NCBI RefSeq assembly: GCF_023055435.1
Contig: NW_025964383.1
Location: 44,206,001-44,270,000, forward strand
Length of the DNA stretch: 64,000 nucleotides
Reading direction: 5' to 3'
Source: Haliotis rufescens
Lineage: Eukaryota
The notes under the pieces were generated by a model. That model saw only the letters and a program-made list of their open reading frames with translations, did no database searches and was not told the DNA's origin. Shown piece by piece: positions 62,470-64,000 of this stretch. The position numbers and the translations under genes are program-made. Each line of letters begins with the position of its first letter. Positions within the stretch are counted from its first letter, which is position 1.

Positions 62470-64000
62470 ACCTGTATAAAAATCTAGACTTGCTTCATTT
62501 AGGGCTATAGCTTTACAGTAAGCATGGGAAGGGACATTAATATTCTTCAGGGACTGAGACAGTCTACAAACACCAGGATGTACTTTGATATTGAACATAT
62601 TCCTTCCGAAACTTCTGATAATACAGGCCTCAAAGTTGAGACTATAACAGTCGCCAATGAACCCAAATTTCAATTTGTCTACTTTCTAAAATTTAGAGTT
62701 AATCAAATGACTACCTTGAAAAAAGTATCCTGTGGCGACTAAATTCTATTGCTACACATATGTAGACACAAAAATAAACATGTCTGCTACTAACTGTACT
62801 CGCAAATAATTCCTCCTTAAGTCAACAATGAACCGAAACACATAAATATTAATGTAATCAGTATTTTGTTTTAGTTGATAGTTTATTGGATAAGCAAAGG
62901 GTATACCTATATAATCAAGTAACATAAATTGCATCATTGTTCGAGTCACAAATAACAAAACTAAAGTACAGTTTCCACTAATATACAATTCCAAGACTAG
63001 TGCTATGACTTGTACAGATAATAGTTATTTCATAAAAGACCATTTCAAAGGCTTTTGGCTACCTACAATATTGTCTTGATTTCTTGGTTTTACCATTGGC
63101 TACGTGGAAAAAGATACTTGTAGCCATATGGCTACTTGGTAAAAATTTAAATGGAGGGGCGGGGGGGTTAATATCAAAATATTCGTATATTTTATTTTGA
63201 CATGCCCTAAATATCCTCCGGGCAAACAACAGTCAAAGAATACATTCCTGTTTTTCCTTCTGGGCAGATAACTTCCTATTCTTGATTTACCATGTTCACA
63301 GATGATATCATATTTGTTATAGCAAAGTATGCTGTTTTCTATTTATTTATTTTTATCACGTTTTTGTTAAATAAACCTGATCAAACACCTATAACATGAT
63401 GAACGCCTGCGATACAAACACTCATAAACAGTATAAAATACTGATAAAGACGTGAAAAAAATGGGTTGCACATGTTGCAAGTGAAAAGTTTTCAGGAATA
63501 CAGAAATATTTTTCCAAACCTAAGATTCTACACTGAGCAATGCAGTACCACTGAAATTGTCGTTTTCATCCCCTCCAAAATATCATGAAGTATGGAACCA
63601 TGTCTTGGGATACCATTCTCAAGATTCTTGTCAGAAATGTATTTATTTCAACTTGTCCACAAACATATCTGCTACCAAGATGCCATCTATTTTAAGGTAA
63701 TAAAAGTGGTAGTCGACAAGGAAATGTCACTAGTCCTTCCTTAATTCTACACGTCTCAGACTATGAGACTTTTAATGTCAATCTAGTTACACCTTAGTTA
63801 CTGCATTGCTCCTATTTATGTCACGGCTTAGAAGCAAATACACCATTGTCAATTTCCATCAATAAACTGTCCCTTACATACGTATGTCCTGCAAGCAATT
63901 AATTCAGCTTCCATGGATACACCTCTCAAAACAAACAGACTTCCTCAGATAAAAGGCTACACCAAAACACACAGTGAACGGGTATCTATCAAAATAGCCC

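Overview
Repeat-rich, intron-containing animal genomic DNA with one 159-N gap (5052-5210). It is most likely a gastropod mollusc such as abalone, inferred from the SINE families with (CACT)n/(CAAA)n tails. By tracing GT-AG junctions and reading phases by hand I reconstruct five genes. Two are tandem 3-exon paralogues for secreted 10-Cys prokineticin/colipase-fold proteins (4835-9910 and 13135-16851, +). WRAP53/TCAB1 (-, 12 coding exons, about 675 aa) lies head-to-head with PELP1 (+, 16 exons, about 799 aa). The 3' part of an RNF168/RNF169-family ubiquitin ligase (-) follows, with its RING exons beyond the window end. The best novelty candidate is the peptide pair: both carry basic convertase-type sites in the same two inter-cysteine loops, which predicts a three-chain, disulfide-linked, insulin-style processed prokineticin-fold product. 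Other notable items are two Penelope-type inverted insertions with 12-bp TSDs carrying a U3-A8 variant minimal hammerhead motif, and an RNF169-specific block in the RNF168-like gene. SINE tails also appear to serve as splice signals, and several tandem arrays are built from splice-donor or AGGTCA words. Most short ORFs in the supplied track are spurious. Family assignments come from recalled motifs, not from database searches.
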